DNA of 43,022 nt from a virus. A program made the position numbers and the translations under genes. The stretch spans positions 1 through 43,022 of IMG/VR virus record IMGVR_UViG_2518645623_000001; one strand, given 5' to 3'. The notes under the pieces are model-generated. The model had not been told where the DNA came from and searched no databases. It worked only from the letters and a program-made list of their open reading frames with translations. Below are positions 30,849 through 37,924 of this stretch, piece after piece; within the stretch, counting starts at the first letter, position 1; every line of letters starts with the position of its first letter.

Positions 30849-31159
30849 GGCCGCGCCTCGCCCTGCGCCTGGCCGTTGGTCTCGGGCAGGTCCGGCGCGG
30901 ACGGCCTCGTCGGCATGACCGTTCCGAGGGCGTGCCCCGCGGGGGCGGGCGGCGGCGTGGCCGGGCTCACCGGCACGAGCGTGCGGTCCCGGTGGGTGGG
31001 CGCGGTCGTGGCGCGCTGCGCGAGCTCGTCGCGCAGCCGCCGGGCCAGGGCCCGGGCGCGGAGCATCGCCTGCTCGGCGTCGGCCGCGCGCGCCTCGGCG
31101 CCCTCGGCCTGCCCGCGCAGCCAGGTCTCGTACTCGGCGTCGCTCATCGCGATCGTCAT
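30845..31159 (-). CDS. Hypothetical helical protein
   Basis: ATG at 31159 (MTIAMSDAEYETWLRGQAEG...) is preceded by GAAGGAGA. Confidence 0.6.
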   Translation of the reverse strand: MTIAMSDAEYETWLRGQAEGAEARAADAEQAMLRARALARRLRDELAQRATTAPTHRDRTLVPVSPATPPPAPAGHALGTVMPTRPSAPDLPETNGQAQGEARP

Positions 31160-31262
31160 CACCGTCTCCTTCTTCGGGGGGTGGTGGAGGTGGGGATGGA
31201 GCCCCACCCCAGGTACTGCCAGAGCGTGATCACCGCAGCGCCGACCCGGCGCAGGCGGCCCT

Positions 31263-31913
31263 TCACGTCAGTTCCGGGGGGCGGGCGAGCACGGCCGCCG
31301 CCACGGTGCGCAGCACCGCGACGACCTCCGAGCCGGGGATGCCGCCGACGTCCGAGGCCCACGCCCGCACCCAGGCGCGAGCGTCGGACTCACCGGTGAT
31401 CTCCTGGGGCAGCGTCGGGTCCGCCAGCGGCAGCTCGTCCCGCTGGATGTGCCGGGCGAGCTCCATCTGCGCCGCGGCCGCCGTCGCGCACGTTGTGCAC
31501 GCGGCGTGCCCAGCGGGGTGGGTGTCCGGCCGGACCAGGCGCAGCGCCTGCGACGGGCACGGCAGCCCGTCCGGCAGCCACTGCGGTCCGCGCAGGTGAT
31601 ACCAGCGCGCGGCGTCCAGCAACGTCGCCGCCACCGCCACCGGCTCAGCGGGCGGCAGCTCGGCGACCGGCGGCGGGGGCGGCGGCAGCACCTGGGCGCA
31701 CCCTCGGCACGCCCGCACCTGGTCGCCCTCGGTGGTCGCGCCGATCTTGACCGGAGGCGCCGGCCAGCTCTTGTCGCACACCACGCAGGCCGCACCGCAC
31801 CGCACCCGGCGCGGCAACGTCGCCGCGTCGAACTCGCGTCGGCCGTCCGGCAACCACCGTCCAGCCGGGTCGATCCGTCGACGTCGCCGTCGACGGATAC
31901 CGATACTCTCCAT
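31263..31913 (-). CDS. Hypothetical Cys-containing early protein
   Basis: 216-aa ORF with ATG at 31913 preceded by GAGGA. Third positions are G/C-rich. Confidence 0.65.
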   Translation of the reverse strand: MESIGIRRRRRRRIDPAGRWLPDGRREFDAATLPRRVRCGAACVVCDKSWPAPPVKIGATTEGDQVRACRGCAQVLPPPPPPVAELPPAEPVAVAATLLDAARWYHLRGPQWLPDGLPCPSQALRLVRPDTHPAGHAACTTCATAAAAQMELARHIQRDELPLADPTLPQEITGESDARAWVRAWASDVGGIPGSEVVAVLRTVAAAVLARPPELT

Positions 31914-31942
31914 ACGTCCTCGTCTCGGGGTGGGATGGGGCA

Positions 31943-31977
31943 GGCGGGCCCGCCCGGCGGGCCCGCCGGGCGGGCCC
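31943..31977. repeat. 2.7 tandem copies (period 13) of the palindromic 12-mer GGCGGGCCCGCC
   Basis: Copies start at 31943, 31956 and 31969. The last copy runs into the TAG stop of the Cro-like gene. Each unit is self-complementary, so alternative hairpins are possible. Confidence 0.8.
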
Positions 31978-32273
31978 TAGTCGTCCAGGCCGAGCTGGCG
32001 GCCAGCCGACGGCGGCGCGTGTTCCAGCGGACGGCGCCGCGCTCGGTCCCGTCGGCCGGAGGCGCGACGTCGCTTGCGCGCGGCCCACGGCTGGTCGCCG
32101 AACCAGGCGCGCAGGGTTACCTCGGTGACATCCACACGCTGCTGGTCGCGAAGATCATTTGCGATCTGACGCCACGACGCCCCGTTCTCCCGCCGAGGTC
32201 GCACGAATCCCTCCAGGCCGCCGTCGATCCGAAGGTCGGCGAGCTGGTACGTGGCGCTCCTCGTCGTTTCCAT
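31977..32273 (-). CDS. Cro-like HTH DNA-binding protein (first gene of the leftward early operon)
   Basis: ATG at 32273 (METTRSATYQLADLRIDGGLEGFVRPRRENGASWRQIANDLRDQQRVDVTEVTLRAWF...). Divergent from the repressor gene. Confidence 0.7.
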   Translation of the reverse strand: METTRSATYQLADLRIDGGLEGFVRPRRENGASWRQIANDLRDQQRVDVTEVTLRAWFGDQPWAARKRRRASGRRDRARRRPLEHAPPSAGRQLGLDD

Positions 32274-32281
32274 GCTGACGC

Positions 32282-32370
32282 AAGCTAGTTCAGAAAATCT
32301 GAACTCGCAACAGGAATTTACAACCACCTTCGGAAGAAGCTTTGCAAGTCGACTGCGGCGGCGGTAGCGT
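32282..32370. promoter_or_regulatory. Genetic switch region: back-to-back divergent promoters plus an operator palindrome
   Basis: Leftward promoter: TTGCGA (32310..32305), 17-nt spacer, TAGCTT (32287..32282), then 8 nt to ATG 32273. Rightward promoter: TTGCAA (32342..32347), 17-nt spacer, TAGCGT (32365..32370), then 7 nt to ATG 32378. The perfect palindrome AGTTCAGAaaaTCTGAACT (32287..32305) fills the leftward spacer. Confidence 0.6.
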
Positions 32371-32377
32371 GCGGGGC

Positions 32378-32842
32378 ATGACGACGACGACAGGCACCGT
32401 GCAGCGCGGCCGCCGAAAGCCGCCGCCGGTTGAGGAGCATCCGGCTGACGCCGCGGTGCGCCAGGTGGTGCGCGCGCTGCTGGCAGCGCGCGACATGACG
32501 GGCGCGCAGCTGGGCGAGGTGATGGGGTTCAGCGCCGGCCAGGTGTACAACCGCCTGAAGGGCGAGAAGGCGTTCACGGTCGCCGAGGTCTCGCAGTTGA
32601 GCGAGATCTTCCGCGTGCCGGTCGGCACCTTCTTCGCCGGCGCCGGCGCCCTCGGCCTCCTGGGCGACACCGAGGGGCCTCCCCGCACGGGTGACGTTCC
32701 CGATGCCGAGGACAACAAATTGGTCTTTATCCACCCCTTCTACGCGTTTCGACGGGCGCGGACGTGGGATCGCGCGCCCGCGCGTGCAGCGGGATCGGTC
32801 CAGATTCAAGGGCTTGATTCGCCGGTGGCGGTGGCCGCATGA
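32378..32842 (+). CDS. XRE-family (CI-like) immunity repressor
   Basis: ATG at 32378. HTH is MTGAQLGEVMGFSAGQVYNRLKGEKAFTVAEVSQLSEIFRVPVGTFF. Divergent from the Cro-like gene and directly upstream of int. C-terminus is ...SPVAVAA. Confidence 0.8.
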   Translation: MTTTTGTVQRGRRKPPPVEEHPADAAVRQVVRALLAARDMTGAQLGEVMGFSAGQVYNRLKGEKAFTVAEVSQLSEIFRVPVGTFFAGAGALGLLGDTEGPPRTGDVPDAEDNKLVFIHPFYAFRRARTWDRAPARAAGSVQIQGLDSPVAVAA

Positions 32843-32940
32843 TCTGCCCAAGCAGCTGCTCGGCTGGCCTCCCGGGAAGCCCCGACCCCGGGACCAGCAC
32901 CCGCCCCCGTCATGACACCGCGCGTACGGGAGCACGCAGC

Positions 32941-33855
32941 ATGACTCAGCACGGGCACACCTGGTATGGCAACGACGCCGCGTTGGTGCAGGAGTACACC
33001 GCCTGGATGCGGCTCGAAGGCAACGCCGACAGCACCATTCACAACTACCGCAACCAGATCATCCGGCTCGACCGCTGGCTCCAGGAGCAGCAGGGCGAGC
33101 AGCGACTGGGCCTGATGGACGTCGACGGCCCCACGTTCGTCACGTGGCGTGCCAGCCTCACGATCGCCGACGTCACCATCACGACCTACGTCGCCTACCT
33201 GCGCAGCTTCTACAGCTGGGCCGTCAAGGCCGGACACCTCGCCGAGAACCCCGCGCTCGGCGTGCCGCTGCCTCGGCTGCCGCGTCGGCTGCCTCGGCCC
33301 ATCGCCGACGATCGGCTCGAACACGCCATCGACTGCGCGCCGCCTCGTATCCGGCCCTGGCTGGTGCTGGCCGGATACGTCGGCCTCCGCTGCTGCGAGA
33401 TCTCGGTGCTGCGCCGCCGCGACGTCTACGACACCTCACCGCAGCCGTTCATCCACATCACCGGCAAGGGCCAGCACGAACGTCAGGTCGCCCTGAGCGA
33501 CTACGTCCTGGCCGAGCTGGAGGAAACCCTCCGCACCCGCCGCCTCTGGCTCTTCCCGCGACTCGACGGCTCCAACGGCCACGTCTCCCGCAACAGGGTC
33601 AGCTACCTGGGCAACCAGCACCTGCACCGCTGCGGTGTTGTGGAGACGATGCACCAGCTCCGGCACCGGTTCGCCACGGCCGTCTACGCGGTCGACCGCG
33701 ACCTGCGGCTCACCCAGGAGCTGCTCGGCCATCAGGACCCCTCCACCACCGCGCGGTACACCGCGATCGGCGACACCGCCGCCAGCGCTGCCGTCGCGGC
33801 GATCCAGCCCGGTCGCCGCCTCCGCGCCGTCCGCCGCCGCCGCAAGAGCAGCTGA
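32941..33855 (+). CDS. int: Tyrosine integrase (XerC/D-like)
   Basis: 304 aa with ATG at 32941. Has an N-terminal SAM-like core-binding region. Catalytic-domain motifs are GLRCCEI, HQLRHRFAT and LLGHQDPSTTARY. Confidence 0.93.
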   Translation: MTQHGHTWYGNDAALVQEYTAWMRLEGNADSTIHNYRNQIIRLDRWLQEQQGEQRLGLMDVDGPTFVTWRASLTIADVTITTYVAYLRSFYSWAVKAGHLAENPALGVPLPRLPRRLPRPIADDRLEHAIDCAPPRIRPWLVLAGYVGLRCCEISVLRRRDVYDTSPQPFIHITGKGQHERQVALSDYVLAELEETLRTRRLWLFPRLDGSNGHVSRNRVSYLGNQHLHRCGVVETMHQLRHRFATAVYAVDRDLRLTQELLGHQDPSTTARYTAIGDTAASAAVAAIQPGRRLRAVRRRRKSS

Positions 33856-33862
33856 CCCACCA

Positions 33863-33888
33863 CCGGGCCCGCCTGCGGGCGGGCCCGG
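33863..33888 (+). terminator. GC hairpin after int
   Basis: CCGGGCCCGCC tgcg GGCGGGCCCGG, 8 nt after the int stop. Same GGCGGGCCCG core as the repeats at 31943..31977. Confidence 0.55.
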
Positions 33889-33915
33889 CGCCCCTTCCCC
33901 GTACCTGGAGTCCAG

Positions 33916-34509
33916 ATGCGCCTGCTCGCCAGTGATCACTATTTCCGCACGCGGCCGTTCGCCGAGCACGACAAGGAGTGCTCGCGCGTCGGCACCTCCC
34001 TGTGGGAGGTCTCGCAGCACGAGCAGCTGCGGCTGCGAGTCGCCGAACGCGGCGGCAACTACACCGAGACGACCACCCGGTACCTGTGCCGGGAGTGCGG
34101 CGTAGCGTGCCTGGTCCGCACGGACAGCCGCCCGGACGAGACCACGCTGACCACCACGGCCGCCATGGGGTACGGGTCGCCGCCGGTCCGCCAGCACGGG
34201 GTGTGGCTGCACCCCGGGCCGCTGCCGGCCTACCGCCCCGGCGACGGCCCGGACCTGTACTACCTCACCGAGCACCAGGACGCACCGCGCACGCCCGCCG
34301 CGGTCCTCGGGCTGGTGTGCCACCACCGCACCCAGCGCGGGGCGCTGCGGTGGAGCGCTGGCGTCGGCCTCACCTCCGACACCTACTCCGTCCGCCGCAA
34401 CGCGGGCGACACCACGTTCCCCTCGCGGGGGGCCGCGGTGCGGTGGGTGGTGGCCGAGGCCGCCGCCGACCGCGCCCTGGCCGTCAAGGCCGCCGAGGCG
34501 TTCCGGTGA
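33916..34509 (+). CDS. Hypothetical protein (first gene of the int-proximal operon)
   Basis: 197-aa ORF. ATG is preceded by GGAG with 5-nt spacing. Third positions are G/C-rich. Confidence 0.7.
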   Translation: MRLLASDHYFRTRPFAEHDKECSRVGTSLWEVSQHEQLRLRVAERGGNYTETTTRYLCRECGVACLVRTDSRPDETTLTTTAAMGYGSPPVRQHGVWLHPGPLPAYRPGDGPDLYYLTEHQDAPRTPAAVLGLVCHHRTQRGALRWSAGVGLTSDTYSVRRNAGDTTFPSRGAAVRWVVAEAAADRALAVKAAEAFR

Positions 34510-34961
34510 CCGCGAACGCCTCGGCGCCGGGCCTCGCGGCGTGCCCGTCGTGGTGCCGATTGCCGAACGGACACGACTCCGGCCTCCGCACGCTGCGCGT
34601 CCATCGGGTCCTGGTCACGGACGGCAACGACGGCGGCGAGTACCTGGAGGTCAGTGTGTTCCAGGTCGTCACGGCGGGCGAGGCGATGGCGCCGAAGCTC
34701 CACCTCGTCCGTGACGGGCAGGCCAACCCGTTCCAGATCACCCGCCCGACCGAGGCACGGCTGCTGGCGTACACCCTCCAGCGCAACGCCCCGGCCTGGC
34801 TGACGGACGGCCTTCTGGCGGCGGCCGATGTGCTGGCCGAGGCCCGCGGTGACCAGCCGAGCTTCATGTGCCCGCGCTGCTGCCGTGACTCGTACCACCC
34901 CGACGACGTCGCGAACCGGTACTGCGGCGCCTGCCACACGTTCAACGCCGACCGTGCGTGA
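34506..34961 (+). CDS. Hypothetical protein with CPSWC motif and C-terminal CxxC pairs
   Basis: GTG at 34506 is in a GTGA overlap. Reads VTANASAPGLAACPSWCRLPNGHDSG...FMCPRCCRDSYHPDDVANRYCGACHTF. Confidence 0.65.
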   Translation: MTANASAPGLAACPSWCRLPNGHDSGLRTLRVHRVLVTDGNDGGEYLEVSVFQVVTAGEAMAPKLHLVRDGQANPFQITRPTEARLLAYTLQRNAPAWLTDGLLAAADVLAEARGDQPSFMCPRCCRDSYHPDDVANRYCGACHTFNADRA

Positions 34962-35079
34962 CGAGACCCGCCGGATCATCCGGACGGCGGCCCGGCGCGC
35001 TGGCGACCTGGTCGTCGCGCACGCCGTGCTCGCCGCCGTGATCATCGCCAGCGACGCCGTCGGCTGGCTCCGGCACTGA
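34954..35079 (+). CDS. Possible 41-aa membrane peptide
   Basis: GTG at 34954. Reads VRDETRRIIRTAARRAGDLVVAHAVLAAVIIASDAVGWLRH. Short, so low confidence. Confidence 0.3.
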   Translation: MRDETRRIIRTAARRAGDLVVAHAVLAAVIIASDAVGWLRH

Positions 35080-35106
35080 TCATCTACGACCGAGAGGAAC
35101 GTCTGC

Positions 35107-35796
35107 ATGACGAACATCGCCAGCGCGACGCGACGAGGCGTCCGCCCCCACAACGCCGACGCGGCGGCCTCGTTCACCGCCGCCGACGGCACGACCGCCG
35201 CCGTGGTGATCGACGGCATCGGCAACAGCGGCCACCTTGCGGACACGATGCGGCTGGTCGCAGCCGCGGTCGCGAGGGTGGCGGCGCAGCGCGGCGGCCT
35301 GGCCGGGCTGATGACCGGTCACCAGATGATCGCGTCCCCCGACGCTGATGGCTGGGCGCCGGACGGGGTCGCCGTCGTCGCGATCGACCACGGCGACGGC
35401 GACCCCGTGGACATCTACTGGATCGGGGACGCCGTCGCCTACGGTTGGGACGGCAAGGAGCTCGTGCAGGCCACCACCGTCCACACCATGGGCCAGTTCT
35501 TGCGCCACAACGGCGCCCCGCTCGAACTCGCCGCCGAACACGACAACTGGGTGCGCACGACCCTGCGGCGCGCGACGCCGGCGACGATCTGCCAGGCCGA
35601 GATCTCCGCCTGGCAGACCATCCTGCTCACCTCCGACGGCGTCCCCGACGGCCTGCCCGACGGCGCGTTCGAGCGGCTGCTGCGCGATCACGGCGACGGC
35701 GAGCCGCAGGCCCTAGCCGACGCGCTCGTCGCCGCCGTGGAACCGGACGCGGACGAGTACCGCGACGACGCCACCGTCATCGTCCTCACCCCCTGA
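35107..35796 (+). CDS. PP2C-family Ser/Thr protein phosphatase
   Basis: 229 aa. ATG is preceded by GAGAGGAA. Ordered PP2C-like motifs are RPHNADA, VVIDGIGNSGH, YWIGDAVAY, LLTSDGVPDGL and DDATVIVL. Confidence 0.8.
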   Translation: MTNIASATRRGVRPHNADAAASFTAADGTTAAVVIDGIGNSGHLADTMRLVAAAVARVAAQRGGLAGLMTGHQMIASPDADGWAPDGVAVVAIDHGDGDPVDIYWIGDAVAYGWDGKELVQATTVHTMGQFLRHNGAPLELAAEHDNWVRTTLRRATPATICQAEISAWQTILLTSDGVPDGLPDGAFERLLRDHGDGEPQALADALVAAVEPDADEYRDDATVIVLTP

Positions 35797-35807
35797 ACAG
35801 GAGTCCC

Positions 35808-36095
35808 ATGGCCCCCAAGAGTGTGCGCCCGGTCCAGCTGCGGATGGTCGGCGACCCCGACGACGTCGCCGAGGTGAAGCGGCTGCTGGACCTGCTGCCC
35901 GCCCTGGCGCAGGGCCAGGTCGACGTCAACATCACCCAGCCGCCGAGGCCCTCGCGGAAGGTCGACGGCCAGGTGCTCCAGTACGGCGACGTCTACCTGC
36001 TTGCGGACCCGCCGACCACGACCGCCACGGCTGGCGAGCCCCGCCCGACGCCGCAGCGGCAGCTGCCCTCGGGCCGCCGCCGGAGGCTCACGTGA
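35808..36095 (+). CDS. Hypothetical protein
   Basis: ATG at 35808 is preceded by AGGAG. Reads MAPKSVRPVQLRMVGDPDDVAEVKRLLDLLPALAQGQVDVNITQ... Confidence 0.6.
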   Translation: MAPKSVRPVQLRMVGDPDDVAEVKRLLDLLPALAQGQVDVNITQPPRPSRKVDGQVLQYGDVYLLADPPTTTATAGEPRPTPQRQLPSGRRRRLT

Positions 36096-36361
36096 CCGAG
36101 CAGGACCAGCGCTGCGAGATCTGCGACGACGACGCCGACACCTACACCTGCAGCTGGTGCGAGGGCAGCGGCGACCGGAACGAATACGGCGACGTCTGCG
36201 ACGCCTGCGGCGGCCGCGGCGAGGTTACGCCCGACCACTGCTGCTACTGCGGCGGCAGCCCGTACTGCAACCGGTGCCACCAGTGCGGCGCCGAGTGCGC
36301 AGCCGACTGCAACCACCCGGCCATCATCCAGCTGGCCGACGGGCGTACGCACACCCTCTGA
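36092..36361 (+). CDS. Cys-rich protein with DnaJ-type CxxCxGxG zinc-finger repeats
   Basis: GTG at 36092 is in a GTGA overlap. Contains CEIC, CSWCEGSGD, CDACGGRGE, CCYCGGS and CNRCHQCG. Confidence 0.7.
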   Translation: MTEQDQRCEICDDDADTYTCSWCEGSGDRNEYGDVCDACGGRGEVTPDHCCYCGGSPYCNRCHQCGAECAADCNHPAIIQLADGRTHTL

Positions 36362-36368
36362 ACGACAC

Positions 36369-36397
36369 GGGCCCGGCGGCTGCGCGCCGCCGGGCCC
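36369..36397 (+). terminator. GC hairpin between the zinc-finger gene and parA
   Basis: GGGCCCGGCGG ctgcgcg CCGCCGGGCCC. Confidence 0.5.
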
Positions 36398-36408
36398 GCC
36401 CGGAAACC

Positions 36409-36424
36409 CAGATCACCAGATCAC
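36409..36424 (+). repeat. Tandem octamer CAGATCAC x2 (plus a partial third copy) upstream of parA, a candidate par operator
   Basis: Sequence is cccCAGATCACCAGATCACagacacGGAGaa, just 5' of the parA RBS. A CAGATC/GATC motif also flanks the palindrome at 37512..37545. Confidence 0.45.
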
Positions 36425-36444
36425 AGACACGGAGAACCCTACAC

Positions 36445-37083
36445 ATGACCGAGTCCCACCGCCCGATCGTCATCACGCTCGGGATGCTCAAGGGCGGCAG
36501 CGGCAAGACCACGTCCGCCATGTTCATCGCGCTGCGCTACGCCCGGAGCGGGCGCCGCGTCGTCGTCCTGGACGCCGACCCGACCTCGCAGAGCGCGCAC
36601 GACTGGGCCCGCCTGGCCGGTGACGCGCTGCCGGTCACGGTCGTCCGGCACACCTACGACGACATCGCCGACGAGATCGGCCGCCAGGCCCAGGCGCACG
36701 ACGTCGTCGTGGTCGACGTCGGCGGCGGCGCCCCGCACCTGCTGGAGGCGGCCGCGTCGGTCTCCGACGTGCTGCTGATGCCGCTCGCGCCGGCGGCCGC
36801 CGACGCCCGCCGCGTCGCCGCGACCCTCGCGTCGGCCGAGCGCGGCGCCGCCCGCAACCGGCGCGGGCTGCTCGCCTACGTCGTCATCGTCCGGGCCGAC
36901 GGCCGGTCGGCCGAGCCCGCCCGCTGGCGCGAGCAGATGCAGCGCGACGGGCACCCGCTCGTGGAGACCACCATCGGCGCCCGCGTCCTGTACTCCCGCG
37001 CCTACGGCACCGCGCCGTCCGACGTCGGCGAGTACGAGGCCCTGCTGGCCGAGGTCGAGCAGGACCTGGCGGTGAACGCGTGA
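36445..37083 (+). CDS. parA: ParA-family partition ATPase (small, type Ib-like)
   Basis: 212 aa. ATG is preceded by ACGGAGAA. Deviant Walker A motif LKGGSGKTT, plus VLDADP and VVVDVGGG. Confidence 0.88.
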   Translation: MTESHRPIVITLGMLKGGSGKTTSAMFIALRYARSGRRVVVLDADPTSQSAHDWARLAGDALPVTVVRHTYDDIADEIGRQAQAHDVVVVDVGGGAPHLLEAAASVSDVLLMPLAPAAADARRVAATLASAERGAARNRRGLLAYVVIVRADGRSAEPARWREQMQRDGHPLVETTIGARVLYSRAYGTAPSDVGEYEALLAEVEQDLAVNA

Positions 37084-37508
37084 GCGACCAGCCCCGCAAG
37101 GGCCGCCGCCTCGGCGCCCCGCCCACGCCGTCCACCGTGGACGACACCACCCCGCCCACCGCCCCGACCCAGCCGACGCCGACCGAGGCGTCCGGGGGAA
37201 CGCTCGCCGTCGTGCCCGACGCGGCGGCCCCGGCCTCGCCCCCGCACGACCCGCCGCCGCCGGAGCACGGTCCGGTCCGAGCGTTCGGGTACCTGCCCCA
37301 GCCGACGCTCGCCGGGGCGACCGCGCCGGACGCGCGGGACGTGCTCCGGCCCATGGAGCGTGAGGAGACCGAGCAGATCAGCGTGCGGGTGCCCGCCGTG
37401 CTTAACCTGCGGCGGCGCAGCAGGCAGTACGCCGCGTTCAACGACGTCGAGCAGCGCGTCCAGATCGCCCTCGCCCTGGACGAGTGGCTGCGCGCGCGGG
37501 GCTTCTGA
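37080..37508 (+). CDS. Putative centromere-binding partner (ParG/CopG-like ribbon-helix-helix C-terminus)
   Basis: GTG at 37080 is in a GTGA overlap with parA. Has a disordered Pro-rich N-terminus. The C-terminus EQISVRVPAVLNLRRRSRQYAAFNDVEQRVQIALALDEWLRARGF looks like strand-helix-helix. Confidence 0.6.
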   Translation: MSDQPRKGRRLGAPPTPSTVDDTTPPTAPTQPTPTEASGGTLAVVPDAAAPASPPHDPPPPEHGPVRAFGYLPQPTLAGATAPDARDVLRPMEREETEQISVRVPAVLNLRRRSRQYAAFNDVEQRVQIALALDEWLRARGF

Positions 37509-37511
37509 TCA

Positions 37512-37545
37512 ACTAGTTGGCTAGCTGGCCAGCTAGCCAACTAGT
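37512..37545. repeat. Perfect 34-bp nested palindrome (candidate parS/centromere)
   Basis: ACTAGT TG GCTAGC TGGCCA GCTAGC CA ACTAGT, starting 3 nt after the parB-like stop. Contains four CTAG. Both strands yield the same ORF-track peptide start, MASWPASQLV. Confidence 0.9.
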
Positions 37546-37656
37546 CAGATCGTGTCAGAAAACGCCCGCAAGAAAACCATCCCGGAAGGAACATTCGGGT
37601 CTTTGTGCCCTAGTACTTGCCTGCGGACAAGCTACGCTCGTGAGTGCAAAGTGGGA

Positions 37657-37685
37657 GGGCCCCGGCGGCAGCACCGCCGGGGCCC
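37657..37685. terminator. Bidirectional terminator hairpin between the par operon and the convergent DUF397 gene
   Basis: GGGCCCCGGCGG cagca CCGCCGGGGCCC, followed by TTTG on the plus strand. Lies 12 nt beyond the DUF397 stop. Confidence 0.7.
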
Positions 37686-37697
37686 TTTGCGTGAGGG

Positions 37698-37913
37698 CTA
37701 CAGGTCGTACGCGCCAGCGCGGATCGCCACGGCCGTCGCGCGCCAGGCGGACGCTCGCAGGAGGATGGGCGGGGCCGCTGGGCGCTTGGAGTCACGGATG
37801 GCCATGAGGGCGACGACCTGCGCCAGTTCGACGCAATTTTCGCCTGTGCCAGATCGCCGACTTTTGCGCCATTGGGCGCGTGATAGCTCATGCAGCATGA
37901 GCACTCCGTTCAT
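37698..37913 (-). CDS. DUF397 (BldB-like) small protein
   Basis: 71 aa. Reads WRKSRRSGTGENCVELAQVVALMAIRDSKRPAAPPILLRASAWRATAVAIRAG, matching the W.KS.RSG...NCVE...(I/V)RDSK.P signature. Confidence 0.85.
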   Translation of the reverse strand: MNGVLMLHELSRAQWRKSRRSGTGENCVELAQVVALMAIRDSKRPAAPPILLRASAWRATAVAIRAGAYDL

Positions 37914-37924
37914 CGCAAAGTGGG

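Noticed and set aside
32700-32940. A tRNA-derived attP core (T-arm/acceptor-like sequence) at the rep 3' end or in the rep-int gap
   Set aside because: I looked on both strands for GGTTCGA(A/T)TCC-type T-loops with matching stems and an acceptor end. Only weak fragments turned up (TTCAAGGGCTTGATTCG). No tRNA gene or clear tRNA fragment is supported, so attP remains unlocated.
36001-37083. A 360-aa extended ParA starting at 36001
   Set aside because: The upstream 148 codons are Arg-rich shadow overlapping two well-supported genes and a terminator hairpin. ATG 36445 has an RBS and gives a normal ParA N-terminus with the Walker A motif at residues 15-22.
37512-37545. The SpeI/NheI/MscI-like nested palindrome as a synthetic polylinker, cloning artefact or IS end
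   Set aside because: The flanking sequence is continuous with natural-looking genes. The palindrome has no partner elsewhere, as IS ends would require. It sits exactly where a partition site or terminator would be expected. An artefact cannot be fully excluded without the reads.
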